This document shows positions 1 to 7,429 of a stretch of 24,000 nucleotides of DNA, piece by piece (the first letter of the stretch is position 1; each line of letters opens with the position of its first letter). Below the pieces are notes generated by a model. It worked only from the letters and a program-made list of their open reading frames with translations, was not told the origin of the DNA and did no database searches. Source of the DNA: Dyadobacter jiangsuensis (lineage in GTDB: Bacteria; Bacteroidota; Bacteroidia; Cytophagales; Spirosomataceae); assembly GCF_003014695.1 (NCBI RefSeq), contig NZ_PYAS01000001.1, positions 468,738 to 492,737 of the forward strand, read 5' to 3'. The position numbers were made by a program, and so were the translations under genes.

Positions 1-365
1 ATCGGGCCACACCATTCATCGGAAATTGGAGAACAGAGCTAGCAGACTCGAGCCTGTTTACTTTTCAGACATTTTGGAAAATCGAACGAGGTGGTCCGAA
101 TATCGTCAACATCGCCACCACAGATAGCGTCGTGTCCAGAATGGAGGACTTTCTTCCTTCTTTTGCAGTTGAAACACAGGTGTATAAAGTAAGAATAGAC
201 GAATCCGACAACATGATACTAAATTATTCAAGAGCCAGCCCTAGCACAATTTTTATGTACGCGGGAACGGCAAGCATTGTTGACGGTAAGTTGATCGCCC
301 AAATTCAAGAAACGAGTGGCATCGATGGATCTAAATGGTCAAAGACGTTGGTATTGCACAGATAA
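1..365 (+). CDS. Hypothetical protein, C-terminal part (gene probably starts upstream of the window)
   Basis: Frame 3 is open from nt 3 to the TAA at 363-365 (about 121 codons without a stop). The 77-aa track ORF (132..365) is therefore probably only the tail of a longer gene. No family motif recognised. Confidence 0.5.
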   Translation, partial: RATPFIGNWRTELADSSLFTFQTFWKIERGGPNIVNIATTDSVVSRMEDFLPSFAVETQVYKVRIDESDNMILNYSRASPSTIFMYAGTASIVDGKLIAQIQETSGIDGSKWSKTLVLHR

Positions 366-378
366 ACTCCAAATCGGT

Positions 379-450
379 TCCGGAACATTATGAGCCTGGC
401 ACGAAAGTGCCATTGCGGTCGCTAGAATGGCCGAAATGCGGCGAAAGCTG
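379..450 (-). pseudogene. Frameshifted 5' remnant of a paralog of the 504..1172 lipoprotein gene (signal peptide plus lipobox only)
   Basis: About 70 nt at 379-447 align to 1081-1150 (the 5' end of the 222-aa gene) at roughly 80-85% identity by eye, with one missing A. The minus strand reads MSAFAAF then a stop. With the 1-nt gap repaired it reads ..FSAILATAMALSCQAHNVPEP, versus ..FSAILVTAMAFSCQDHHVPDP in the intact gene. No long minus-strand ORF follows. Confidence 0.4.
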
Positions 451-503
451 ACATTATTTAGTTAGGGCCATCGTCGTCTTGATCCACACAAATGAATTTC
501 CAG

Positions 504-1172
504 CTACTGAAGTCTCATTTGAACCTTGTATTTAAGCGTAGCTTCCGCTACATCCCTTACCAACTCATAGTTGTATGGCGGTGCCACCAGCATCTCCCAA
601 GCATTATAGTTAATAATGGGGCAGTAAATGTCGATATTTTCTTCCGGATAGGATTCAAAAGCCACTTGAGTCTCAAATGTTTTGGTCTCTCCGACCGCCC
701 AGGACGATATTTCCTGGAAGTACGCTAAGTCGTTTCTCCATTGTATAGGCAAGTCTATAACATCTCCATGCTCCGGATGTTTCCCTAGCTTAAATTGTGC
801 AATACGATATTTATTCCAATCGGTAGATGGACTATTTGCGATTCGTTTTACATAAACTTTCGTATTGAAAACGATGAAAACTTCTCCATCGTGACCTGTA
901 AGCGGTTGTACTCTCGCGGCATTTCCTCTTATTAGTTCGCCTTGCAAATGCTGGGCGTCGATCGTTTCAATGATTTGCTTGGTATTGGTTTTAAAGAATT
1001 CCACGCGGGTAACTTCGAATTCACAAGGCAACGCCCTGGGCGTTCCGTCGACCCGATTACAATTTGAGATGGGATCTGGATCCGGGACATGGTGATCCTG
1101 GCATGAGAATGCCATTGCGGTTACAAGAATGGCCGAAAATGCGGCGGTCTTGATTAAGGAGAAATATTTCAT
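504..1172 (-). CDS. Hypothetical lipoprotein
   Basis: 222-aa ORF. The N-terminus MKYFSLIKTAAFSAILVTAMAFSC has a signal peptide and a lipobox Cys. The gene is visibly more AT-rich than most of the window. No family recognised. Confidence 0.8.
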   Translation of the reverse strand: MKYFSLIKTAAFSAILVTAMAFSCQDHHVPDPDPISNCNRVDGTPRALPCEFEVTRVEFFKTNTKQIIETIDAQHLQGELIRGNAARVQPLTGHDGEVFIVFNTKVYVKRIANSPSTDWNKYRIAQFKLGKHPEHGDVIDLPIQWRNDLAYFQEISSWAVGETKTFETQVAFESYPEENIDIYCPIINYNAWEMLVAPPYNYELVRDVAEATLKYKVQMRLQ

Positions 1173-1572
1173 GGTACTGAGCAGTAAGGTTGATGGAAGT
1201 TACAAATTATAAGTAACTGACTATCAAATACTACTCGGGGAGGTGTGGCCTCTGTTGGGTGTAAAGACGCTTCCAGTGGTTCGGCTGTGTCGAGTTTTAG
1301 TTGATCTTTGATAGAAATTATCTGGCAACATTGATGAAGTACTTGCGCATTTTGGTTCGACTCGCACTTTGGATTTTTATTCTATCGGTGCTTGGCTGGG
1401 CCATCGTGCTTTTTTTACTTGTTTTCGGTGGTGGCCACCGAGCGCTTATTTTTGGTGGGTTATAGTGGAGTACGGGCTTTCAGGAGCCAGCTTTCCTTCC
1501 TATCTTCGGCGTCTTCATCAACATATTCACTTCCGTAGACTTTTAATTCTTCAATATATCTCAACATTTACT

Positions 1573-1980
1573 ATGACAAATTCCCGTCGTAAATTCATTG
1601 CAAGCTCTGTCACCCTTGCAGCAGGTGCTGCTGCGTCCGTAGCGGCCCCGGTTAGCCCGGAGAAAAGTAAGGCCCCTTTGGTGCACCACGTGTTTTTCTG
1701 GCTCAAAAATCCTGGCTCCGTGGCCGATCGGGACAAAATCATCGAGGGGTTGAAAACCTTGCGGAAAATCGAGGCCATCAAGGAGCTTCGTATCGGGGTC
1801 GTGGCCAGCACGGAGAAGCGGGATGTCGTCGACAACAGCTGGGGGGTGTCCGAGCTGATGTTTTTCGAAGATCTCGCAGGCCAGGCAACGTATCAGGATC
1901 ACCCCATCCATCAGAAATTCATCAAGGATTGCAGTCACCTGTGGGACAAAGTAATCGTGTACGACGCTATTGACGTTTAG
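1573..1980 (+). CDS. Dabb (stress-responsive alpha/beta-barrel) family protein with a twin-arginine signal peptide
   Basis: Internal ATG at 1573 gives MTNSRRKFIASSVTLAAGAAASVAAP (SRRKF Tat motif). This is followed by HHVFFWLK...GV..SW..(E)LMFFED...YQDHPIHQKF, typical of Dabb domains. The upstream 68 codons of the track ORF (from 1369) are W/F-rich and not protein-like. Confidence 0.85.
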   Translation: MTNSRRKFIASSVTLAAGAAASVAAPVSPEKSKAPLVHHVFFWLKNPGSVADRDKIIEGLKTLRKIEAIKELRIGVVASTEKRDVVDNSWGVSELMFFEDLAGQATYQDHPIHQKFIKDCSHLWDKVIVYDAIDV

Positions 1981-1987
1981 GGTGTTT

Positions 1988-2110
1988 GAAGGGGAGAAAG
2001 GGAGGAAGGGGAGGATGGAGGAAAGGGAAACCGCAATCAGCTTTATCCCTTTCCTTCTTTATTCCCTTCCTCCCTTTCCTCCCTTTCCTCCCTTTCTTCC
2101 CTTTCCTCCT
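1988..2110. repeat. Homopurine arm / homopyrimidine arm inverted repeat with a 9-bp tandem repeat; probable bidirectional terminator between convergent genes
   Basis: A ~43-nt near-pure purine tract (1988-2030, GAAGGGGAGAAAGGGAGGAAGGGGAGGATGGAGGAAAGGGAAA) is followed by a ~10-nt loop. Then comes a ~70-nt pyrimidine tract (2041-2110) with TCCCTTTCC repeated four times (2071-2106). The arms are complementary in several registers. The element sits between the Dabb stop (1980) and the receptor stop (2114). Confidence 0.8.
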
Positions 2111-2113
2111 TAA

Positions 2114-4732
2114 TTACCACTTAAAAGTAACGCTCGCGAGGATGTTGGCTGGCTTTTGCGGCGTGCCGTTGGAGTTCCAGTAATGCTCGTTGAGCAGGTT
2201 GTTGGCTTTGAGGGCCAGGCGGTACCGCGGCTGATCGTAGAAAAGCGACGCATTCACCAGCGTGTAGGCGGGTACTTTAAAGGTATTGGTACTCTCAAAC
2301 CAGGACGCGCCTACATAGTTGCCTCCCGCGCCGATGCCGAGCCCTTTCGCATTGCCTTTCAGGATGTAGTAGCTTGCCCAGATGTTGGCCACATGCTGTG
2401 GACTGTTGGCGAGCAGTTTTCCTTGCAATGCTTCGGCCGCTTTATCGTAACGGTTGTCGTTGTAAGCGTAGCCGGCCACAAAGTTCAGGCCCGATATGGG
2501 GTTGGCGATTAGTTCCAGTTCCATACCCTTGCTTTTTTGCGTCCCGTCCTGCACGGTAAAATTCTGGCTGTTGATGACCTCGGTGCGCGTCGAATTGGTG
2601 ACGGCGATGTTGTAGTAGCTGAGCGACCCGTTCAGTTTGTTGCGGATCAGGTCGAACTTGATACCTCCTTCCCATTGATTTCCAAATTGCGGTTTCAGGT
2701 TCAGTACCGTGTTATCGGGCTGGGTGACGGGCGCCTGGTTGACAAAGCCGTTCAGGTAGTTCACAAAAACCGACAATCGCTCCGGAATAGGCTGATATAC
2801 AATCCCCAGCTTTGGCGAAAGGGAGTTTTGGCTATAATTACCGGCATATTTGCCCGCGGCAACGGCCATGGTACCGTCGGTTGTGAAGCGGTCGAAGCGG
2901 AGGCTGAGCATAGCCATCAGTGATGGTGTGATATTGATGACGTCGGACGCATACACGCCGAAGCTCGTGCCTTTGTAGCTGGTGCCTACGAAACCCTGCT
3001 GCGAGGATCGTTGATTGAGCTTATCAGCGTTGAAATCGGGGAGGGGCTTGCGGATATTGACGGTGTCGTAGCGGACGGTTACCCGGTAGAGGTCATAGTA
3101 GTTCTGGTTGTAATCCGCGCCCAGCACGAGGCGGTTGCGCATGCGCCCGATCTCGAAATCGCCGACGAAGTTCTGTTGCAGCTGGATATTGCCGAAAGTT
3201 TCGGGCGTCTGGTTTCGGGCGGTGCGCGAAACAGTCGAGTCGGTCAGCATGGAGAATGTGACCAGGTAGAGGTGTTTGTAAAAGCCGTTGGAAAACAGGT
3301 AGTTGGTCTGAGATTTCCATCGCGAGGAAAGTTTGTACTCGATTTGCGCCTGCAAGTTGTACACGCCTACGGAGGCGTCGATGCCGTTGTTCAGCAGGGA
3401 TTGTTTGTAGCCCAAAGCGAGGTCTTTGAAATTGCGCGCGGTCACTTTTGATAACGAGCCGATGTTGAAGGTCGAAGTCGTATAGGCTGCCTGGGTAATG
3501 TCTAAGTCAACAAGGAATTTCAGCCGGTCGTTTACCTGGTACGAAAAGCTTGGGGCGATGGTGAAGTTTTTAGCATAACCCTGGTCCTGGAATGAACCCT
3601 CGGTCTGTCCGGCCGCATTGAGCCGGAACAATGCCGTGCGCTTTTCGTTCACGGGCGCATTCACGTCCACGGCTGCGCGCGCGAAGCGGTAACTGCCTGC
3701 GGTATAGCTCACTTCGCCGCCGAAGGTATCGTAAGGCTTTTTGGTAACGTAATTGAAAACTCCGCCAAAAGTAGCCGAGCGGCTGTTGCCGTACAGTGTA
3801 CCTGAGGGGCCTTTCAGTACTTCCACACTTTCGAGAATTACCGGGTTCATGGGGAGAATGGCGCTGGTAGTGAGTCCGTTGCGGACGCCGTTGAAGTTGG
3901 CAAAACCGCGTAGGGTCATGCCCTGCGATCCGCCGCCGGCCGAATTGGGCACGGCGCCAGGCACATTCCGGTACAAATCGGTCCGTTCGGTAACGAGCTG
4001 CTCCTGCATCAGCGCCTTGCCGATCACATTGTACACCTGCGGGTTTTCGAGGTTTTTGAGGGGCAGGCGCGCCACGGTCTCGGTTTCCTTTCGGGCAAAT
4101 TTGTTGACATTCCCGCTTACGATCACCTCACGCAGAGACTGGCTGTCCTCGTTCAGTAAAATGGGCGGGAAAACGGTCGTTTTGCCATCCTGGATGCTCA
4201 CTTCCACTTCCACAGGCGCATACCCGACCATACTTGCCACCACCGTTTGCGTACCGGCAGGAATATTGCGGATGCTGTATTCTCCCTCCTGGTCGGTTTG
4301 GCCGCCACGCGGAGTACCTTTAATTCTTACCGTTACTTCCACGGCCGGTTTCGCGTCAGCGGTGAGGACGCTTCCCTTCAAATGCCCCCTGGCTTCCCCT
4401 TTCGCGGGCCTGATGTGAATGCGCGTTCCCTGCACCTGAATGCCCCGTGCGTAATCCCCGAGCAGGTGCCCGAGCAAATCGCCCAGCGCGACGGCCTCGT
4501 AGTCGGGACTTACTGTACGTTGAGTGTCCATCAATGTGCTGCTGTACACGAATGTGCAGCCGGCCTGGTCTTCCAGCGCGCGTAACGCGTCGGCCACGCT
4601 CACCTGCGTGAGTTTCAGGGTAATGGGTTTGTCCAGGATCGATTGCTGGGCGTGGCTGACGCCGATTTGAACGACCAGCATGGCCGCGAGCATCCACAGC
4701 TTGCGGTAGCCGGATTGTAAATAAGAATGCAT
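2114..4732 (-). CDS. TonB-dependent receptor / transducer (STN domain, carboxypeptidase-regulatory-like domain, plug, beta-barrel)
   Basis: 872 aa with a signal peptide ending SHAQQ. The N-terminus has an STN-like segment (ITLKLTQVSVADALRALEDQAGCTFVYSS) and a CarbopepD_reg-like segment (LKGSVLTADAKPAVEVTVRIKGT..GEYSIRNIPAGTQTVVASMVGY). A plug follows (LRGF.. / ESVEVLKGPSGTLYG), and the barrel ends ..ASVTFKW. It lies directly downstream of the FecR and ECF sigma genes. Confidence 0.95.
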   Translation of the reverse strand: MHSYLQSGYRKLWMLAAMLVVQIGVSHAQQSILDKPITLKLTQVSVADALRALEDQAGCTFVYSSTLMDTQRTVSPDYEAVALGDLLGHLLGDYARGIQVQGTRIHIRPAKGEARGHLKGSVLTADAKPAVEVTVRIKGTPRGGQTDQEGEYSIRNIPAGTQTVVASMVGYAPVEVEVSIQDGKTTVFPPILLNEDSQSLREVIVSGNVNKFARKETETVARLPLKNLENPQVYNVIGKALMQEQLVTERTDLYRNVPGAVPNSAGGGSQGMTLRGFANFNGVRNGLTTSAILPMNPVILESVEVLKGPSGTLYGNSRSATFGGVFNYVTKKPYDTFGGEVSYTAGSYRFARAAVDVNAPVNEKRTALFRLNAAGQTEGSFQDQGYAKNFTIAPSFSYQVNDRLKFLVDLDITQAAYTTSTFNIGSLSKVTARNFKDLALGYKQSLLNNGIDASVGVYNLQAQIEYKLSSRWKSQTNYLFSNGFYKHLYLVTFSMLTDSTVSRTARNQTPETFGNIQLQQNFVGDFEIGRMRNRLVLGADYNQNYYDLYRVTVRYDTVNIRKPLPDFNADKLNQRSSQQGFVGTSYKGTSFGVYASDVINITPSLMAMLSLRFDRFTTDGTMAVAAGKYAGNYSQNSLSPKLGIVYQPIPERLSVFVNYLNGFVNQAPVTQPDNTVLNLKPQFGNQWEGGIKFDLIRNKLNGSLSYYNIAVTNSTRTEVINSQNFTVQDGTQKSKGMELELIANPISGLNFVAGYAYNDNRYDKAAEALQGKLLANSPQHVANIWASYYILKGNAKGLGIGAGGNYVGASWFESTNTFKVPAYTLVNASLFYDQPRYRLALKANNLLNEHYWNSNGTPQKPANILASVTFKW

Positions 4733-4859
4733 ACTTTTGAAAGAATGGTTAATTGATCACTCGATTGGCTGTCGACTCCGGCGTTCTGTCGCCAAACGCA
4801 CGCCGGAACAGCTCCACGGCTTGGCCGTGGGGTTTTTATAGTCTGTCAGGGGGCTTACG

Positions 4860-5825
4860 TCATTGGTAAATGGTCAGTTTTTTGTTTACAATCTTGTATT
4901 TGATATTCAGCGAGTAGGCCACGCTGTTCATCACGTTTTCCAGCGATGCATCTGCGAATGAACCGGTACAGCGGCGAGAGGCCAGTTCCGGTGCGGTAAT
5001 CACCACTTTTACGCCATACCATCTTTCCAACACGGGCGCGATCTCCGCGAGCGGCAGGTTATCGAACGTAAGCCTGTTGCGTACCCAGCCGAAATGTCCT
5101 TGCGCATACACGCGATCCTGCGCGAGCCGGCCATTGGCGTGATCGTAAATGCCGCGTTCATTGGCGGTGAGTATGAGATGAGACGTGCCGGAGCCTTTCG
5201 GAGCGAAGCGAACTTTTCCCTCGCTTACGACGAGGGTCACGCTGCTGCCCGGGTATGATTTGAGATTAAATGCAGTACCGAGTACGGTCGTGCGGGTGGT
5301 GACTGTGTGAATGGTAAATGGCCTGGTGCTGTCTTTGGCTACTTCGAAATAGCCTTCGCCGGTAAGCCACGCGGTGCGAGCCGTGTCGCTGAACCCGACC
5401 GGGTAGGTGAGCCGGCTGCCTGCGTTGAGGTATACGACCGTGCTGTCGGGCAGTAAAAAACGTCTGCGTTCACCGGTAGCCGTTTGCAGATACCGGTATT
5501 CGGTTTTCCTGCTTATTGTGGAGGCTGCAATATCTTTTGAGGTTAGCGTTTGCCGGAAATAATTCCAGGACGCGACCAGTAAAAGGCATGCAGCGACAGC
5601 CGCGAGGAACGGGTAAAGCCATGCAAGGCGGTTGTTTTTGGGTTCATTTGCTTTTCCCAAATCAAGTTTTTGCCAGATTTCGTCCGTTGCGGCATCTTCT
5701 TCGTCCTGCTCCGCATATTGGTCGAGGTCGTCCGTCGCGGCAAGCCATTGCGTTACGGCCAGGGCTTCATCTTCGGAACAAAGCCCCTGGTGGTATTTTT
5801 GCAGTAATTCGGGTGTAATGCGCAT
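4860..5825 (-). CDS. FecR-family anti-sigma factor / transmembrane sensor
   Basis: 321 aa. Cytoplasmic N-terminus (LLQKYHQGLCSEDEALAVTQWL), a single TM helix (LAWLYPFLAAVAACLLLVASW), and a periplasmic FecR-like domain (LPDSTVVYLNAGSRLTY..GEGYFEVAKD..PFTIHT). The C-terminal region (..LTFDNLPLAEIAPVLERWYGVKV) is typical of Bacteroidota FecR proteins. Confidence 0.9.
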   Translation of the reverse strand: MRITPELLQKYHQGLCSEDEALAVTQWLAATDDLDQYAEQDEEDAATDEIWQKLDLGKANEPKNNRLAWLYPFLAAVAACLLLVASWNYFRQTLTSKDIAASTISRKTEYRYLQTATGERRRFLLPDSTVVYLNAGSRLTYPVGFSDTARTAWLTGEGYFEVAKDSTRPFTIHTVTTRTTVLGTAFNLKSYPGSSVTLVVSEGKVRFAPKGSGTSHLILTANERGIYDHANGRLAQDRVYAQGHFGWVRNRLTFDNLPLAEIAPVLERWYGVKVVITAPELASRRCTGSFADASLENVMNSVAYSLNIKYKIVNKKLTIYQ

Positions 5826-5903
5826 GGGGAACTCGACGTGTACATGAGGTTAGTTCCATAACTCCCCATGCATCCCTAAACGACTTACCTGAAAAACCAC
5901 GAA

Positions 5904-6425
5904 TTATTCGAGCCCGCTCCGAAGCAATGCGATGCTCTTGCCGATATGGTACTCCACCGTTTTGACCGAAACCTGCATTTCCTCGGCGATTTCCCGGTTG
6001 CCCATTCCCTGCTCACGGCTGAGTTGGAAGATGCGCCGGGTAGCTGCCGGCAGCTGTGCCAGGAGGCTGGAAACTGTGCCGGAAAGTTGCTCGAATGAGA
6101 CCATTTCCTCCGTGGTATTTTCCTGGGCGGTAGCCTGTCTTCCGATCGCTTCGAGGTGTCGGTCGTGAATTGCTTTGTCGCGGAAGTGCCTGTTAACCTG
6201 CAATTTGGCGGCGCGGATCAGGTAATGCTCCGGCGAGGTCCTGATTTCCAAGTCGCCGCGGCGTTCCCAAAGCGTCTGAAAGATTCCCTGCACAATCTCC
6301 TTCGACTCCTCCTCATCGCGCAGGTAGGAGCAGCAAAGGCGGAAAAGTTTTTTGGCATACGTCGTGTACAGCATCTCGAACGATTGCTCGTCAATGGTAG
6401 TCAGCTGCGACGGACGGTTTTGCAT
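5904..6425 (-). CDS. ECF (sigma-70 family, group IV) RNA polymerase sigma factor
   Basis: 173 aa. Region 2 is recognisable (FRLCCSYLRDEEESKEIVQGIFQTLWERR). Region 4 has a helix-turn-helix (RRIFQLSREQGMGNREIAEEMQVSVKTVEYHIGKSIALLR). It lies upstream of FecR. Confidence 0.95.
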   Translation of the reverse strand: MQNRPSQLTTIDEQSFEMLYTTYAKKLFRLCCSYLRDEEESKEIVQGIFQTLWERRGDLEIRTSPEHYLIRAAKLQVNRHFRDKAIHDRHLEAIGRQATAQENTTEEMVSFEQLSGTVSSLLAQLPAATRRIFQLSREQGMGNREIAEEMQVSVKTVEYHIGKSIALLRSGLE

Positions 6426-6501
6426 TGCCTGTGGTGTAGCGCCGTTAGTGGCGGATTTTCGGCAAAGAAATGGCTTATTTAGTTTAATTACAAATTAAGT
6501 A

Positions 6502-7338
6502 TTATGGCCATTCGAGCTCACGGACTTCGCTGGTGGGTTTCAGACCGGGATAACGGGCCAATTGCGAGGCAATGAAGCCGAGGAGGTCGCGGGCAACGCG
6601 AGGTGGGGCGATGCTTTTCAGGTGCTTGCGCTTGCCGTTGAAATAGACGATCAGGGTAGTGATGGGCGAGTCGGCACCTTTGACGTCGCTGAACCGTAAT
6701 GCCCGGAGTTGGGCGTTTTGGAGTTGATCAATCAATTTATTGTAAGTATCGTCGTCGAGCACAGCCGAGTAGGTCCCTTTTCGCAGGTTTTTGTCGCCAT
6801 ATTCATTGCGAAAATGTACATAGAGATTTTGGGCGCTGTCGACCTGCAAGGATACGTAAGGGGCACTTCCACCATAAAACGAATGGTAAACCAGTTTCTC
6901 GAAGGCAATTGTCCGGTCTGTGAGAGACTCTTTTTTTCTAAGGGTAATGGAGGGTTTATCCCAAAAAAAGGCTTTTGAAAAATCGGATATCGGTTCCACG
7001 ACCAACTCGGAATCACTGCTTCTGACAATTTTCAGGTCGTAGCGGTCTACGTATTCAACCTGATTGTGGGTAGAAGACGTCGAGTATCTCGCCTGAAAAC
7101 TCAATGTATCGCCATGGATAAACAAATGGAAGAAATTTTCTTTCAACTCTCTGCTGCACATATAGTTGACCGACTCCGGTCCGGTGTGCAGGATTTCAAT
7201 CATTTCCAGCTGTGACGAAATCCAGATTCCCTTCAACTTTTCCGGCTGGGCAAAGGCAATGCTGCTACAAAGCAGTATGAGTGTTAACGTGGCGGCAATT
7301 CGGTGGCTAATCATTCGGGTTGTTGCTAAATTGACCAA
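6502..7338 (-). CDS. Hypothetical exported protein
   Basis: 278-aa ORF with signal peptide ..MISHRIAATLTLILLCSSIAFAQ. The start is either TTG at 7338 or ATG at 7314. More AT-rich than its neighbours. It has the same orientation as the ECF sigma gene and lies 76 nt upstream of it. No family recognised. Confidence 0.75.
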   Translation of the reverse strand: MVNLATTRMISHRIAATLTLILLCSSIAFAQPEKLKGIWISSQLEMIEILHTGPESVNYMCSRELKENFFHLFIHGDTLSFQARYSTSSTHNQVEYVDRYDLKIVRSSDSELVVEPISDFSKAFFWDKPSITLRKKESLTDRTIAFEKLVYHSFYGGSAPYVSLQVDSAQNLYVHFRNEYGDKNLRKGTYSAVLDDDTYNKLIDQLQNAQLRALRFSDVKGADSPITTLIVYFNGKRKHLKSIAPPRVARDLLGFIASQLARYPGLKPTSEVRELEWP

Positions 7339-7429
7339 ATGTATATAATTTATTTATATATATGTTTGAGATTGGAAGGAACATTTATTTTGACTTCATA
7401 CAACGATTGATGTCACCCTCTGCCTCTTT

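Noticed and set aside
1369-1572. N-terminal 68-codon extension of the Dabb ORF
   Set aside because: The extension is W/F/R-rich with no protein-like features. The internal ATG at 1573 gives a clean Tat signal directly followed by the domain.
1986-2183. 65-aa plus-strand ORF (..FFIPFLPFLPFLPFFPFLL..)
   Set aside because: It is the translation of the purine/pyrimidine repeat, and it runs into the 3' end of the receptor gene on the opposite strand. It is a low-complexity artefact, not a gene.
2156-4697. Multiple 60-220 aa ORFs on both strands inside the TonB-dependent receptor gene
   Set aside because: They are alternative-frame or antisense ORFs with Arg/Pro/Gly-rich, low-complexity translations, typical of GC-rich coding DNA. 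The 872-aa frame has full domain architecture.
2114-4732. SusC/SusD polysaccharide utilisation locus
   Set aside because: No SusD-like lipoprotein gene follows the receptor. The receptor carries an STN domain and is paired with FecR and an ECF sigma factor, which is the transducer architecture.
4814-4838. Hairpin CCACGGC-TTG-GCCGTGG followed by GGTTTTTA as an intrinsic terminator
   Set aside because: The T-run is on the plus strand, where there is no upstream gene. On the coding (minus) strand the hairpin lacks a downstream U-tract. I keep it only as a possible structured element in the FecR-receptor spacer.
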